Of a stretch of 64,000 nt of DNA, positions 49,506 through 62,476 are shown in pieces. The position numbers and the translations under genes were made by a program. The notes below the pieces were generated by a model. The model did no database searches. It was not told where the DNA came from and saw only the letters and a list, made by a program, of their open reading frames with translations. Within the stretch, counting starts at the first letter, position 1; each line of letters opens with the position of its first letter. This DNA is from Heteronotia binoei (taxonomy: Eukaryota): the NCBI RefSeq assembly GCF_032191835.1, contig NC_083227.1, positions 139,004,001 through 139,068,000 on the forward strand, read 5' to 3'.

Positions 49506-51022
49506 TTGAGAAATGCCCAATACTTTAATAAAAAAAAATATATTTATATAAAAAATACAGTGTTTTATATGGAGGCAGCTATGCCAGGTGTCCAACCTAA
49601 ACCAACACATTCCTCAGAGCCTACTTAATAACATGTTGGGGGGGGGGGGCGGTTGATCCTTACTGGGCTGGTGCTGCCATGCATTCCACTGGTAAATCAC
49701 AGGTCACATATGTGTGCCTGTCCTACACGTGTGCATTTTATTTTTAGGAGTTCCAAGTACAAATAAGTCAAAACTGAACTATGGTCATAAATCTGTATCA
49801 TAATGAGTAAAGTCAACACCAAAAACTTATTGGGGAGCTGATACCAGTAACATTCATATGTCATATTTATAGGTTAACCCTCAAGAAGTCAAATAAATAA
49901 ATAAAAAAAAATAATGTCACAGAGACCAGACTTGTGACATGCCCTCCCCCCTTGTTCTCTTTTCCAGCATGGAACCTCAGGGATCACAGTTATACAGGCC
50001 AGCTTCAAACACACACTACTGGGAATCACAGTTCAGTGGAGCTGTACAGGCTTAGAACATGTAAGGTGCTAGGTCTGGCTTAATACCCTTGCTGGTACAA
50101 GGCCATATAGACAGGTTGCAAGTACTTTTCAATGTGCTCCCACCCCCCATGTGGTCAGCTCAGCATGTGCAACTTCTGGACAGTACAGGTCTGCTACCAA
50201 TTTTAAGTGTTCTAATAATTAACCTCTTTTTAAATAAATGTGCGTATACTATCAGACCACAACTTTTCATCTGGTACCATCAGGACATGTGTTATAACTT
50301 CCCAAATATAACTTAGTGATATATCTTCTCAAAGTATAATCAGGCTCCAAACCCACAGAATTTTAACATAACAGAGGATAAATCCTTAGGTTCCACAGTT
50401 TGTGTCATTTCATTATGTCCAAACTAAGAATCAAATTTAGGCAAAGGTAGGGATACCATGAGAGCCAGGGACACATGTGACTCTCAAATCATTTGTGTGT
50501 GGCTCATAAATATGTGGACTGAAGTGCACATTTTATGACATGTTGGTATCTGATATACAGTGAAATCTTTGTTACCAGTTATCAGGATGAATCAGAAAAC
50601 CAAGCTCAGATACATCTACTTGTTTCTTTATTGTCAGAGAATTTGAACAATCCTGAACCTTTTTCTTAGTTTAAAAGGTGAAAGCAGTGGGGATCAAATA
50701 ACAAATTTCACTTTCTCATTCCTGTAATTTCTGAACCCAGGCATTAGATCTTCCTTTACATTATGCTATATATTTAACTTCCAAAGGACTAATTATCATC
50801 AGTTGTGTAAATGGATTATTTTACTATATGTAGAAAATATATAAATATTAGCTACAGTGTATCTGCTCACCGTGTGTTTCAGATGTGACATTCCTGTTAC
50901 ATGACATACCCAGAACCCAGGAGGTCACAGAGCCATAAAATAGCTTCCCAAACACCATTCTCTGCACAGGCAATTTCCTTAGACTGTCACTGTTTCTTGC
51001 AATCACCAATCTGAACGTTTAC

Positions 51023-51157
51023 CTTGTCATACATTCTGTTTAGTAGTCTTGGTACAACTGGAAAGATAGTTGGTCGTAGCGCTTTCATATCATCAGACAA
51101 GAGGCGAATGTCCCCTTGGAAAAATCCAATTCTTCCACCATGGCAATATACTACAGA
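51023..51157 (-). CDS. ACSL6: ACSL6 exon SVVYCHGGRIGFFQGDIRLLSDDMKALRPTIFPVVPRLLNRMYDK, 135 nt
   Basis: Manual translation; cAG acceptor, GTAAAC donor. Confidence 0.93.
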
Positions 51158-52814
51158 CTGTGATGAGGAAGGTAAAAAAGAAAAGAAAAAATGAAATTCA
51201 TTTCTGGACTTTAATCACATACATGTCTATTTCTGCTCTTGACCATTTTCTTAACAATATAGTTATTTATGAACCACTTGGCCACTAACTATTTAGGAAA
51301 ACACCACAATGGGCCAGTTCACATGAAATATATTTTGGCATGTGAAAAGCTTCCTCATGATCACACTTGTGTGGATAATGTAACATAGGAAAGGGGAGAT
51401 TTATGCACACACTTGGTGTCAGGTTAAAGCACCACTAAAACTGTGTTAATAGTCACTGTTTGTGTCTGCTGTTGCCTTGTTTATACCAAGCGTATTCATG
51501 TGCACATGCCCAAAGAAACTTGCCGCTACTTGTGCACAGAAGTAGTAGTCATCTGTGGCAATGAAAACATCATAAGGAAATATGCTATAGACTTAATACA
51601 AGGATTCAGACTAATGCTTCAGCTTTCTCGATCCCCGTATTCTGGATGTGCAGGGTACTTCAGCCTGTATTGGTCCTGCTAGACCACATACTTAAGCAGC
51701 ACTGCTAAGGATACTTTCTACAGAGCTGATTTTCTGTGCTAGCCATCGCAGAGGGAGTAGCAAAGGTCCTGGGCAGAGTTTATGGAAATACAAGTATTTA
51801 AAGGCTTGAATTTCCCAATGAAAACCATGTCAAGTAAAACAGGCTAATGACTTAAATAACACTGCCATATTTTGAATAATATTTGCATAATGAATGTGTT
51901 CTTATTATGTCACTAAACCAATCTGTGCATTCAGGTGACAGTTGCTGCCAAAGAATACATCATGGACAATGCCCTATACAATAGTCTTGGTTATATTCAA
52001 AGTATTTGCATAATACAAAACCCATGTTTTTTCTGACTTTTGTAACCCTAATTCCCCAGCATTATCTGTTGGCTGGCTTACGATGTCTGATGACACTGTT
52101 TTATATCATGTGGTCTGCCTTGAGTCTCAGCAAGACAGGTGGGCTATAAAGTAAGTAAATAAATGAATGAATTTACTAAAGCAAATTTCTATATGTGGCA
52201 GACAGAGCATCAAAATGTATGCTTCAACAGAATATTGACTTATAACAAAACAAAAATGGAGCTACATGGAAGTATGAATTCTTTATCCTAAACTATTTGA
52301 TTTTGATCCTTTCTCTCAGACAAAAACAATGCATTTACTTAGAGAGCTACTATTTAATAAGATTAGACCATACACAGATTGGATTGATCAAAGACTTATC
52401 TGTATATATTTGGAGTTGCACAATACCCCTAAGTCAGGGTAAGGTTCATTAAGAGGGAAAAAGGGCTTGTTTCATATGAAGTTTCAATACTAGCTGAAAT
52501 TTGTGGGACAGCCAGATGGCATCCAACTGTGGAGAACCTTTCATGTGCAGCAGACTCTTTTTGAACTGCAGAAGTTGGCGTAGATCTGTTATAGAAGTAC
52601 ATGTTACAGGAAGACTGTATCTAGCTATCAGGTACTTTGTTTTAGTAATATAAAGAGGTGTTATGCCTACAACATGAACATTTCCCTTCCATGCAGAAAC
52701 TTAAAAGGAATATTAAGGCCACTGAACATACAAGTTGTTTTAGTTTTACAATACTGTCATAGATTTATTTATCAGTGGAGAAAAAGTTGACTTCCACTGA
52801 CACTGATACCTTAC

Positions 52815-52892
52815 CTGTACCATTCTCTCAAACATGTGTGCTAAAGGCAAATAGGAAATGTGTACATCCTCATATGTAGGAGACCACTGACT
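52815..52892 (-). CDS. ACSL6: ACSL6 alternative Y-gate exon SQWSPTYEDVHISYLPLAHMFERMVQ, 78 nt (absent from the ORF track)
   Basis: Manual translation; polyT-ccAG acceptor, GTAAGG donor; same length and phase as the F-gate exon. Confidence 0.93.
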
Positions 52893-52953
52893 CTGGAAAA
52901 AAAAACAACAGGGAGCCCCGCAAGGCCCAGATCAGTCCAAACAGGTTTCTTAC

Positions 52954-53031
52954 CTGTATCACTCTTTCAAACATGTGAGCCAAAGGCAGGAAGGAGATGA
53001 GCACATCGTCCTGTCTCGGAAAGATCACTTT
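52954..53031 (-). CDS. ACSL6: ACSL6 alternative F-gate exon KVIFPRQDDVLISFLPLAHMFERVIQ, 78 nt
   Basis: ctgcAG acceptor, GTAAGA donor; paralogous to the adjacent Y-gate exon. Confidence 0.95.
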
Positions 53032-54215
53032 CTGCAGATGAAGGGCATGGGAGACAGAAAGGAAAGAAACACTGACAGGAAGACACAACAAGAAAGTCAT
53101 AAAACAATAAAAAAAGAAAAATGGCACCAAGAGGAGCAAAAGGGGTAAAGATTATTAAGCGAGAAAAGAGAACAGTGTTTGAAGTAATGCGTTAGGCCAC
53201 AACACCAATGGAACTATGTTAGCAGGAGTGGTGAAAAACACAAGGATGTATGTAGAGAGCTCTCTTCACCACATATGGCATGTGTGTCTTGAGAGCTGGG
53301 CTGTGAACAAGCCCTTCCACCAATGTGCTTGGGTGGTGTCTGCTGTTGACACTTCTGTTGGCCAGTGATGTTCCACAACAAGGCATAGCTCTTTAACTTA
53401 AGGGGTTTCTAGCACAAGTGTCCAATTTTCAGGCATTCAAATGTACTACTCCTACACAGATTTGTATGCTTCAACAGGCCTATGGTTTTAACATGATGCC
53501 CAAGTATGTACGAACACATTAGAAGGCATTCACAACAAGAACACAAGTTTAGTTCATAAGGTGCCACTCCCCCCCACCCCCGGAAGGTTTACCATGGCAT
53601 TAAACACCTGTTTGATAAACAGAAATATAGAAGGAAATCACTTTCTGGATATTATTTAAAATGCTTTTATTTGACCCTTCCATTCAATAAGATCCTCAAG
53701 GCATCTAACAATCACAGAGTAAAGCAAGCCAGTACAATACAAACCATGTAAACAAGAGGCAGAAAGCACAAATCACAATGAGAAAAAACAGACCACAGTA
53801 AAAATTATGTCAGACAACAGCAGCAAGTAAGCTTGGAAGAACAGGGGAGGAGGGTTGGGCCACTTGAAGAAGATCAGGGGTGAGATTCTTTTTCTCCACT
53901 GTTACAGATTTTTAGCCTGGGCAGGGCTAAAGGCCTGACTTTTGTCCCATAACTTATCACCTGTAGCTCTGAATGAGTGGAACTACTGAAACCAGAACTA
54001 CCCAGGATGTTGGAACATCGTATGTTTTTGCTTGTTCAGTTTTTTGCATTTATTTTGTAATCTGCTTTGAGTCCCCTGATAGGGAGAGAAGTGGATAGAA
54101 ATGTCTAAATAAATACATTTAAACTAATATGCAGACACAAATATAGAGAGACAATTGTTCCTTGGTAAAATATTCTATAAATATTATGATGCAGCAACAA
54201 GGGCCTTCATATGCA

Positions 54216-54450
54216 GCCCTGACCTGGACAGCCTAGGCAAGCCCAATCTTGTCAGATCTCAGGAGCTAAGCAGGGTGAACTCTGGCAAGTATTTGAATGG
54301 GAGACCTTGGAATATCAGCAGTTAGGAGGACAGGGGCAGGTTTTATTCAGCCATCTCCAGGCCTTCAGTAGGGTTCAGTCATCAGAGGTCACAAGGACTT
54401 CCAAGTGCACACATATAGTCTCTCTCACACACAGGCACACACGCACACAA
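54216..54450 (+). mobile_element. 5S rRNA-derived SINE with a CA-rich tail
   Basis: Colinear with 14098-14317 (gccctgacctgga...gacttccaagtgcacac). Confidence 0.72.
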
Positions 54451-54689
54451 GTACCGAAAGAGCACCAAGGCCCTTTATATGAAGAACCTCTGATGATGAC
54501 ATAAATGCACTGGTAGATTTATGTCAGAGAAAGCAGTGCTCAAGATATTCTGGTCCCATATAGTTAAGGTCTTTGTAAAAGTGCAATTCAAAACCAGAAG
54601 TTTTAGCTGTACTCAGAAAATTAACTGCAAATCAATGCAATTAATTAAAAAACGTAATTACATGCCTCAGGTAGTTCAACTTCCTGATT

Positions 54690-55110
54690 GACACATTCTG
54701 GACCAACTGCAGTTTTCAAAAGGTCTTCAAAGGCAGCCTCGCGTATAGCGCATTACAGTAATCTTCTCTAAGAGGCATAACTGTGGCCTGACTAATCTGA
54801 CTAAAACAGCTTAGTAATGTTTGTGGACCAATCAGGCCAGAAAAAGGCACTGCCAGGTTATATAGGAACAACAAGGAATCCTAGAGTAACCCCAAATTGA
54901 GAACTCACACCATAACCCAATCCAACACAGGTAATATCCCTACTTCCAGATTAAACAAATTTCCAACCAACAATACCCCCATCTAATCTGAATTAAACTT
55001 CATGCCAACACAGCTAATCATTGATTTCAGGCTCTAGTTGAGGACATCCATGCCCCTGCTCTAGGATCAGATGGAAATGAGAGAAATAAATTGAAAGTGC
55101 TCAAAGTGTC
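54690..55110 (-). mobile_element. Ancient L2 RT fragment
   Basis: gcgcattacagtaatc is the reverse of DYCNAL-type codons; otherwise heavily decayed. Confidence 0.4.
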
Positions 55111-55436
55111 ATTATCTTACTGTTGCCACCTATAGATGGCCTGTGAACATGTGTGTGGGACAAGATGGGATGTTACATTATGCCGCATGCCACAAGCAGC
55201 TGGTTACAGGAGTAATTCCCAAGTAGTGCCTTTTGAGATTCATCCTCTAGAAAGGATCAGAATCATTGCAAAATTATGTTTCCCAGATCTCATGCAGACA
55301 AGAATAATAGCTAATGGTACCAAAAGCTGCTGAAAAATTCAAGAGAATCAGCATGGAGATTCTCCTGTCTTTCTGCTATTTTCCCATCACTCTGAAGCAA
55401 GAAAAATTAGGCCCAATGTGGAATCTAGAAAAAGAT

Positions 55437-55625
55437 ATTGGATTTATATCCCATCCTACACTCTGAATCTCAAAGCGATTGCAATCTCCTTTACCTTCCC
55501 CACCCCCAACAGACACCCTGTGAGGTAGGTGGGGCTAAGAGAGCTTCCACAGCAGCTGCCCTTTCAAGGACAGCTCTGAGATAGCTATGGCTGACCCAAG
55601 GCCATTCCAGCAGGTTTGAGTGGAG
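55437..55625 (-). mobile_element. MIR/Squam3-like SINE fragment
   Basis: ccccacctacctcacagggtgtctgttg core and an L2-type ggatataaatcc 3' end on the minus strand. Confidence 0.6.
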
Positions 55626-56741
55626 GACTGGAAATACAGAAGAGCAAAGTTCTTTGCAGAGTGGTCACAGTGAGCTACCAATGATTTCTGTGTTACCTCT
55701 GTACCCAGGCCTATAACCAGACAAAACAGCTCAAGCTGGACAATACTATATTGATATTATGGTGGCAGAGAAGTGAGCTTTCTTGCTGCCATTTGCCATG
55801 AGAGGATTTGTTGTTGTTTTTGCCATCTCTACTGAAGCTTCTTTTGTTTCTCAACTCCTCAGGACTCTTCAGATTCTTCTAAATCTAAAAAGACAACTTA
55901 GAGCAATCATGTCCACTGCTTGGGTCTTTTTCCAATTCTTTAAGGTTGATAATACCATAAAAGTTTCCCAAAGATGCTAGAAAACCAAAGATATACATAG
56001 TTCTCTCCATGGGCAGAGTATCAAACAGCTGTTTAAAAGCATAAGAATTTAACCATACACAGGTGTAAATATCATGAACTAATCTTGCAGTCTTGAGATT
56101 TGTTGGTGCCTACTAAAATTTCAAGGATCCAGTTTAAATTAATATGTCCTTTTAATTAATGAACTTGTGTTACCCTGATCATAAGGTGGTTTAGAAGGAA
56201 GAGTATTTATTCTGTCTCACTGCCCTCTTTTGTTCAAAATGGATTGATGTGATTTTAATTTACATTAGCCAAAAAGATTTTCAAAGAGAATTAACTGCCA
56301 TAAACCTATATGCTCATAACAGCAAATGTGCTGAAGAATAGTAGGTACATACCTGCAGTTTTAAATAAGAGAATTTGCTAAGTGGTTGGGTAATTAAAAT
56401 TGTAGTGATCCTAAGAACTCATTTGAAATATAGTATTTCAAGTCCTCTTTAGTAATTTTGAAACTAGGACTACAATCCCTTTCTGTTCTGAATTCATTCA
56501 TTTGAGTTGTATCAGATTTTCACTGTTATTCGGTACAAGCGAGAAAGAACAAAGCAAATGGCCTTCACAATTCCTGTAATGGTAGACTCTGTAATAACAC
56601 CAGAGTACCACTGTATTCCCTGGGACAGGCTGCCCCTAAGAAACGCAACACACATCTGATGCAGTTTCTGGATCAAAATATATACCTCATATGAAACATA
56701 TTTCTGTCATTTTTTTGTGTGCTAAAATATAGAATATTCAC

Positions 56742-56815
56742 CTCGGTTACTTTCAAAAAGCCTGAAAAATCAGCTACCACATTCCCATGAGTCAGCATAG
56801 CACCTTTTGGGTTAC
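56742..56815 (-). CDS. ACSL6: ACSL6 exon (G)NPKGAMLTHGNVVADFSGFLKVTE, 74 nt
   Basis: ccAG acceptor, GTGAAT donor; phase matches the upstream exon. Confidence 0.95.
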
Positions 56816-59096
56816 CTGGAGAATTGAAGAAAAAAATATAGCAAAGTAACACTTCAGATTTTGTCAAGCCACAAAATTATTTTCTTTTCCTATTCTGGAC
56901 ACAGTCCCAAGGAATGCAAGGAATTCAAATACATACATTTGAATACAACACTGATACAAGTGTAGCAAAAGCAGACTATCTTTGTCTTTGAACTTCTAAA
57001 TATATGAAAATTTTGTAGATGGCAAGAGACTGCAGTGAATACAAATTTCTCAAAAAAGTTTTTGATTCGATGAAAAGGAGGGGGGAGCTCATTACATGGC
57101 AAAATCAGCACAAAGGACAGCAACAAAATTACCTATGCATTATCTTGTGTGCAATTAGACATGAAAAGATGCACAGGTTTGATTAACACTTATTTGCATT
57201 TTGAAACAATTTGAAATGTTTTCATTAAAATTGCTTTAAAGAAAACATTTCTCATTTAAGGAAGAAACAATCCTTTCAAGCAATTATCAAAGGTACCTTC
57301 AACCTCTGTTCCCATGGTAATACTTTTTCATAAAGTGTTCAAACATTTCCTATGAATAGCTCATTTTGAAGAATTTAAGATATTAACTCACAATATTTTA
57401 CCATATTAACACACTTGTTTCTAAACCACTCAGATGAATGTAGGTAAGTCATCTGAGATCTGCCATCAGATCTGATGACTCTTTTTAGGATTATTACCGC
57501 TGGATGAGTTTTTACCCCCTGAATTTTTCCTAATGAAGTTAGGAATGTGCTATGGCAAAATATGTAATACATCCCTCATGCTTTAAAAACAGGAACTACA
57601 GGTGATTTCTGGGGCATTTCTATATATTAACTAAAATATTGTCTCAGTCCTTCTTAGCATGCTCAAAAAAATAGGGATTTGGATCTATAGTCATTGATTT
57701 GGGCAGCCTGCCCTGATCTTGCCAGTTGTCAGACTATTAAAGCAAAGGGAACAGTGGAGCCATAGTGGCTAACAGATATCAAGTATGTTGACTTTGTGTG
57801 CCTACAAGCCATCTGATTGGAAGTGATGTGCACCAAATTGTGTAGGAAAGAAGGGAAATTATGGTGGAATTCTATAAATAAGTATTTGAAGCAGCAATGA
57901 AAGACCAGGATTTTTTTTTTAAAAAGCAACACTGTATGCCCTTAAATCCAATAAGCACCTATTTCACCCCAACTTTTTAATTGCAGCAAGCACCTATCAG
58001 TTCCCCGCTTTATTTATTGGAATGAAACAAGACATTTATAACAAAAGTGCTTGTGTGTGAGTGTGTGCGCGGGGAGATATGAGATAATCCAAATCCATGG
58101 AAAATCCACAGGAGTTTAGCCACTGGCTTCCATGTGACATGGATTTATACCAGATCTAAATTTCCAGTGCTGCTACCTCTACATGACACATCACAATGTA
58201 TCTCAGAAAAAAGCCAGTGTGCTAGAAGCACATATCACACTAACACTGTTCCTTTTTCAGGGCAGCCTGCCATCTGGATATTTTGTGTCAGCTTCAAACC
58301 CAAACTGGGACACAATGCAGATGCCTGGGGAGGGATACAAAGGCTCAATGGACCTGAATACTGAACGAATGCTGACCTATTTTTAACCTAACATACTTTA
58401 GGAATATTTTAAAATGTAAAACCTTATTTAATATTTTTTTTAAAAAATCTTGAAATCAATATTGTACATTAAAACATACCTTCCATGTTCATTTGGGTGC
58501 CTGACAGTATCTGATGATTAATTCCACTGCCCTACCTTCTTTTCCATTCTCCTGTACTTCATATAACAGATAATTTTACCACAAGATCAGAAGCCATGGT
58601 GAAAATCAGGAGGGCATTGAGCTGTTGAGGCTTGTCCTATTACCCTTAACATGCTAATGTGAGAAGACTGTGAGGCAGACAGACTAATGTGATGCTCTGG
58701 GATGCGGCTGACTGTCCCCTTCTGTTGGGAAGACCTCTGAGGCAAGATTCACTTGCGGGAGTATCTCAGTCTTCTGACAAACAATATTTGCAATGTAGAC
58801 CAGTAAACATTCTATAATGAAACCTGGAAAAAGCAACTGTTTGTCCCAGGCTGGGTTGACTTTTTTAAAAAGCAGAATTTAATAACATCATCAAAAAAAG
58901 CTGAAAAACCAAAAGGCATTCCTGAAATAGTAGCATTTCAATTCATTTCCAAAAAATATCAAACCAGACATGCATATTTTTAATAAATTCCAGTGTACCA
59001 CAACATTTAATGTGTATATTATAAGTCTTTCACATCTTTTATGTATGCATTAAACATATTCAAAAATAAAATGTATATATTATTCCTTCGGTTTAC

Positions 59097-59148
59097 CTGT
59101 AGTGCCACTGGTAAAACAGACAATTGATAGATCTTCAGGTCGGGGAGG
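59097..59148 (-). CDS. ACSL6: ACSL6 exon PPRPEDLSIVCFTSGTT(G), 52 nt
   Basis: ttctttAG acceptor, GTAAAC donor, phase 0 to 1; first half of the AMP-binding P-loop. Confidence 0.93.
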
Positions 59149-59595
59149 CTAAAGAAATCACAAGAAAAATGAATATCCTGTTACTGTGTTTATTTGCACA
59201 ATAGGCAGATTAACCTACCCCTAACAAGTGGGTTGCTGTGTTGGTCTGCAGCAGCAGAACAAACTTTGAGTCCAGTGGCAGTGTAAGGTCGCCTCTAGGC
59301 TCGGGAGGAGATGGATGGAGAATAATGGCTGGGTCACAGTTAATGACTGTGCCACAGTACATCTGCCCATCAATCTCCAGTTTTGACATATGTCCTTCAT
59401 TATGCCCCCCCCCGAACTAAATCGAAGCAAATAAAAAAAAATCCAAGCATATAAAATTAAACCCATATTAACTCATTTTGTTATTTATGTGTGGTCCTTG
59501 AATTTGTTAAAACAACTTCATTATGCTATTTGCTAATTTACTGCTCACCCTCCACCTTTATGTATGGACTGATAATTTCCATTTCATGGTATCGA

Positions 59596-59685
59596 AAGAA
59601 GTGTGTGTGCACATGAAGGCTTATACCTTGACTAAAACTTTGTTGATCTTAAAGCTGCCAGTGGACTCAAACTTTGTTCTGCTAC
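59596..59685 (+). mobile_element. Penelope-like element terminal fragment (a related piece is at about 21905-21950)
   Basis: gcttataccttga..aaaactttgttg.tcttaaag.tgcca.tggactc resembles reptile Penelope/Neptune terminal repeats (from memory). Confidence 0.45.
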
Positions 59686-60247
59686 CCTAACAAGGCTGCT
59701 GTGTTGAGGATTAAGTGGAGGAGGGCAGAATAATATGAAAAGCTGCTTTGGGGCCCCGATCATAGATAAAAGCAAAATATAAATAAAAAATGAATAAGTG
59801 AAATAATGTATTGGCATGATGAGAAAGAAATTCTAATGTTTTCCCACAGAGTTTTGCTTTCTCTAGATTTGATTTCCCCCCTTCCCCTAAGGGTTGCTCC
59901 AAATGTACTAAGCAAGTTAAATTGTTTACTATATAAGAGGTTCAGCACCCTGCCCTTCAAGCAGGTGTCTTGCATCATTTTAACCTTTCACCAACTAATA
60001 ATTGTCAGGCAGCAGGTCCTTAGCACAAATACATTTCCTCAGAGTTCACGATATCATAAATCATAATTCTCTTATGGGGTGGCCAAATGGAGCTCTACCA
60101 TTCATTTAGGGGTGCATTCCATACACTCCAGAAACCATTGGCTGATCACAGCTCTTGCCTCCCACTTGCCTCCCACTGGCTGACTCCCTTGCCCCCTCCT
60201 ACTGAGGCCCAAGAATGTTGAACAAACTGCCAAAAGCAGTCTTACCT

Positions 60248-61253
60248 CAGTGAAGTGGCCAAGTTTGCAGATGACACTAAATTGTTAAGGGTGATGAGAA
60301 CCAGAGAGGATTGTGAGGCACTCCAAAGGGATCTGTTGAGGCTGGGTGAGTGGGCGTCAATGTGGCAGATGAGGTTCAATGTGGCCAAGTGCAAAGTAAT
60401 GCACATTGGGGCCAAGAATCCCAGCTACAAATACAAGTTGATGGGGTGTGAACTGGCAGAGACTGACCAAGAGAGAGATCTTGGGGTCATGGTAGATAAC
60501 TCACTGAAAATGTCAAGACAGTGTGCAATTGCAATAAAAAAGGCCAACGCCATGCTGGGAATTATTAGGAAGGGAATTGAAAACAAATCAGCCAGTATCA
60601 TAATGCCCCTGTATAAATTAATGGTGTGGTCTCATTTGGAATACTGTGTACAATTCTGGTCACCGCACCTCAAAAAAGATATAGCATTGGAAAAAGTGCA
60701 GAAAAGGGCAACTAGAATGATTAAAGGTTTAAAACACTTTCTCTATGAAGAAAGGTTAAAACGCTTGGGGCTCTTTAGCTTGGAGAAATGTCGACTGCGA
60801 GGTGACATGATAGAGGTTTACAAGATTATGCATGGGATGGAGAAAGTAGAGAAAGAAGTACTTTTCTCCCTTTCTCACAATACAAGAACTCGTGGGCATT
60901 CAATGAAATTGCTGAGCAGTCAGGTTAAAACGGATAAAAGGAAGTACTTCTTCACCCGAAGGGTGATTAACATGTGGAATTCACTGCCACAGGAGGTGGC
61001 GGCGGCTACAAGCATAGCCAGCTTTAAGAGGGGATTGGATAAAAATATGGAGCAGAGATCCATCAGCGGCTGTTAGCCACAGTATATATATGTGTGTGTG
61101 TGTATGTGTGTATATGTATGTATGTATATGTGTGTGTGTATATATTTATATATATTTATACACAAACACACATTTATTGGCCACTGTGTAACACAGAGTG
61201 TTGGACTGGATGGGCCATTATCCAACATGGCTTCTCTTATGTTCTTATGTTCT
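60248..61253 (+). mobile_element. CR1 LINE, 5'-truncated, young, same subfamily as 16971-18078
   Basis: 273-aa open RT C-terminus nearly identical to the nested copy; (TTCTTATG)n tail. Confidence 0.93.
61081..61172 (+). repeat. Compound (TA)/(TG)/(TATG) microsatellite inside the CR1 3' UTR
   Basis: Read directly from the sequence. Confidence 0.9.
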
Positions 61254-61541
61254 CAAAGAGAGAGACATCTCCCATGCTTCTCTGTGTCCTGTCAACTGGC
61301 CTCAGAAAGGACGGCTGCTGTACTGCAGCCTCACAAAAGGTGTCATGACCACCACTGGCAACAGAGCCCTGACACCCTATCAACAGAACACACAGATGGC
61401 CTGCCAATACAGGCAGCCTCTGAAGGCCGCCAAAGTAGCCAGGGAGCTGTCCCAACTTTCCTGTCTTTCCTGCGTCTTTTCTGTCACTCCCTGTCTCCCT
61501 CCTCCTCTCAGCCTCATCCCAGGATGGTTGGCTGAGGAGAT

Positions 61542-61730
61542 AGGATTGCCGACTCCAGGTTGTAAAATTCCTGGAGATTTGAGGGGTGGAGCCTGTAGAG
61601 GGTTGGGTGTGAGGAAGGGTGGGGCCTCAGACAGGTACAAAGCCACCCTCCAAACCAGCCATTTCCTCCTGGGAAACCACTGTTGCCAATCTCCAGGTGA
61701 GGGAAATTGGGTGAGCAGTCACTCCAGACT
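61542..61730. repeat. Partial TAGGGTTGCCA-type MITE; related pieces at about 24600-24876, 39490-39652, 39770-40030 and 40450-40680
   Basis: Shared ggaaattcctggagatttgaggggtggagcctg and ttgccaatctccagg motifs. Confidence 0.55.
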
Positions 61731-62476
61731 GTGAAAACCACACAAAGGTTATAGTGACACAAATTACTAGACAATGATATACTTCAAATAATAATATTCC
61801 AGGTGAAGACAAACATATCAAACATACAAAAATAAGTACAAGGTACAAACTCCCATAAAATATTCAGTATTCAATAATGCAGAGTCCTATGGACAGGAAG
61901 TAGACTTGGCACTCCTGTTTCAAAGTCTTCCAGCAAAGGACACTCCACTTCTTATTTTCATAGAAAAGGCTTCAATGAATAATGTTTCAATTCTTCTTCA
62001 TCTTAAACAAATTATACTGACTAATTTTGAAGCACATTAAAGAGGACCTGAAGGTTGAGCCGTTATGAGCTATAGCCTGTTTGAAAAACTGGGTGAGACT
62101 TTGGATCCTCTTTAATGTGCTTCAAAATTAGTTTGTATGATTTGTTTAAGATGAAGAAGAAACTGACACCAACAGCCACCACACAACCAGAGGACAATCC
62201 AGAAAGGCTGCTCATCACCTCCAAGGTCTCTGCGGGGCAGGGAGGGAGCAGCGACTGACACAATGGAGGAGATCCTGGAGGCTACCTAAGGCCTTGAGCC
62301 CTTGCTTCCCTCCAAAGAAGAAGGGAAATCAGTCCTGCACTCCCCTTTTCTCTCACAGCAACCATTTCACTTATAGAAAGTGCCTTGCAGAAACACAGCT
62401 CCTACTTTACTTTTAAATTTTCTCGTCTCATATGAAGCATCAGTGATTCCAGTCACATTAGGTGTCCAACTCATCT

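Larger units (their letters stand above)
4966..59148 (-). other. ACSL6: ACSL6 gene span (3' coding portion; 14 coding exons in window, upstream exons not found and probably beyond 64000)
   Basis: Exons with GT-AG boundaries and consistent phases splice into a continuous acyl-CoA synthetase: P-loop [25 protein letters not shown]-terminal LLTPTLK. The gate-exon peptides match the ACSL6 sequence as I recall it. Confidence 0.95.
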
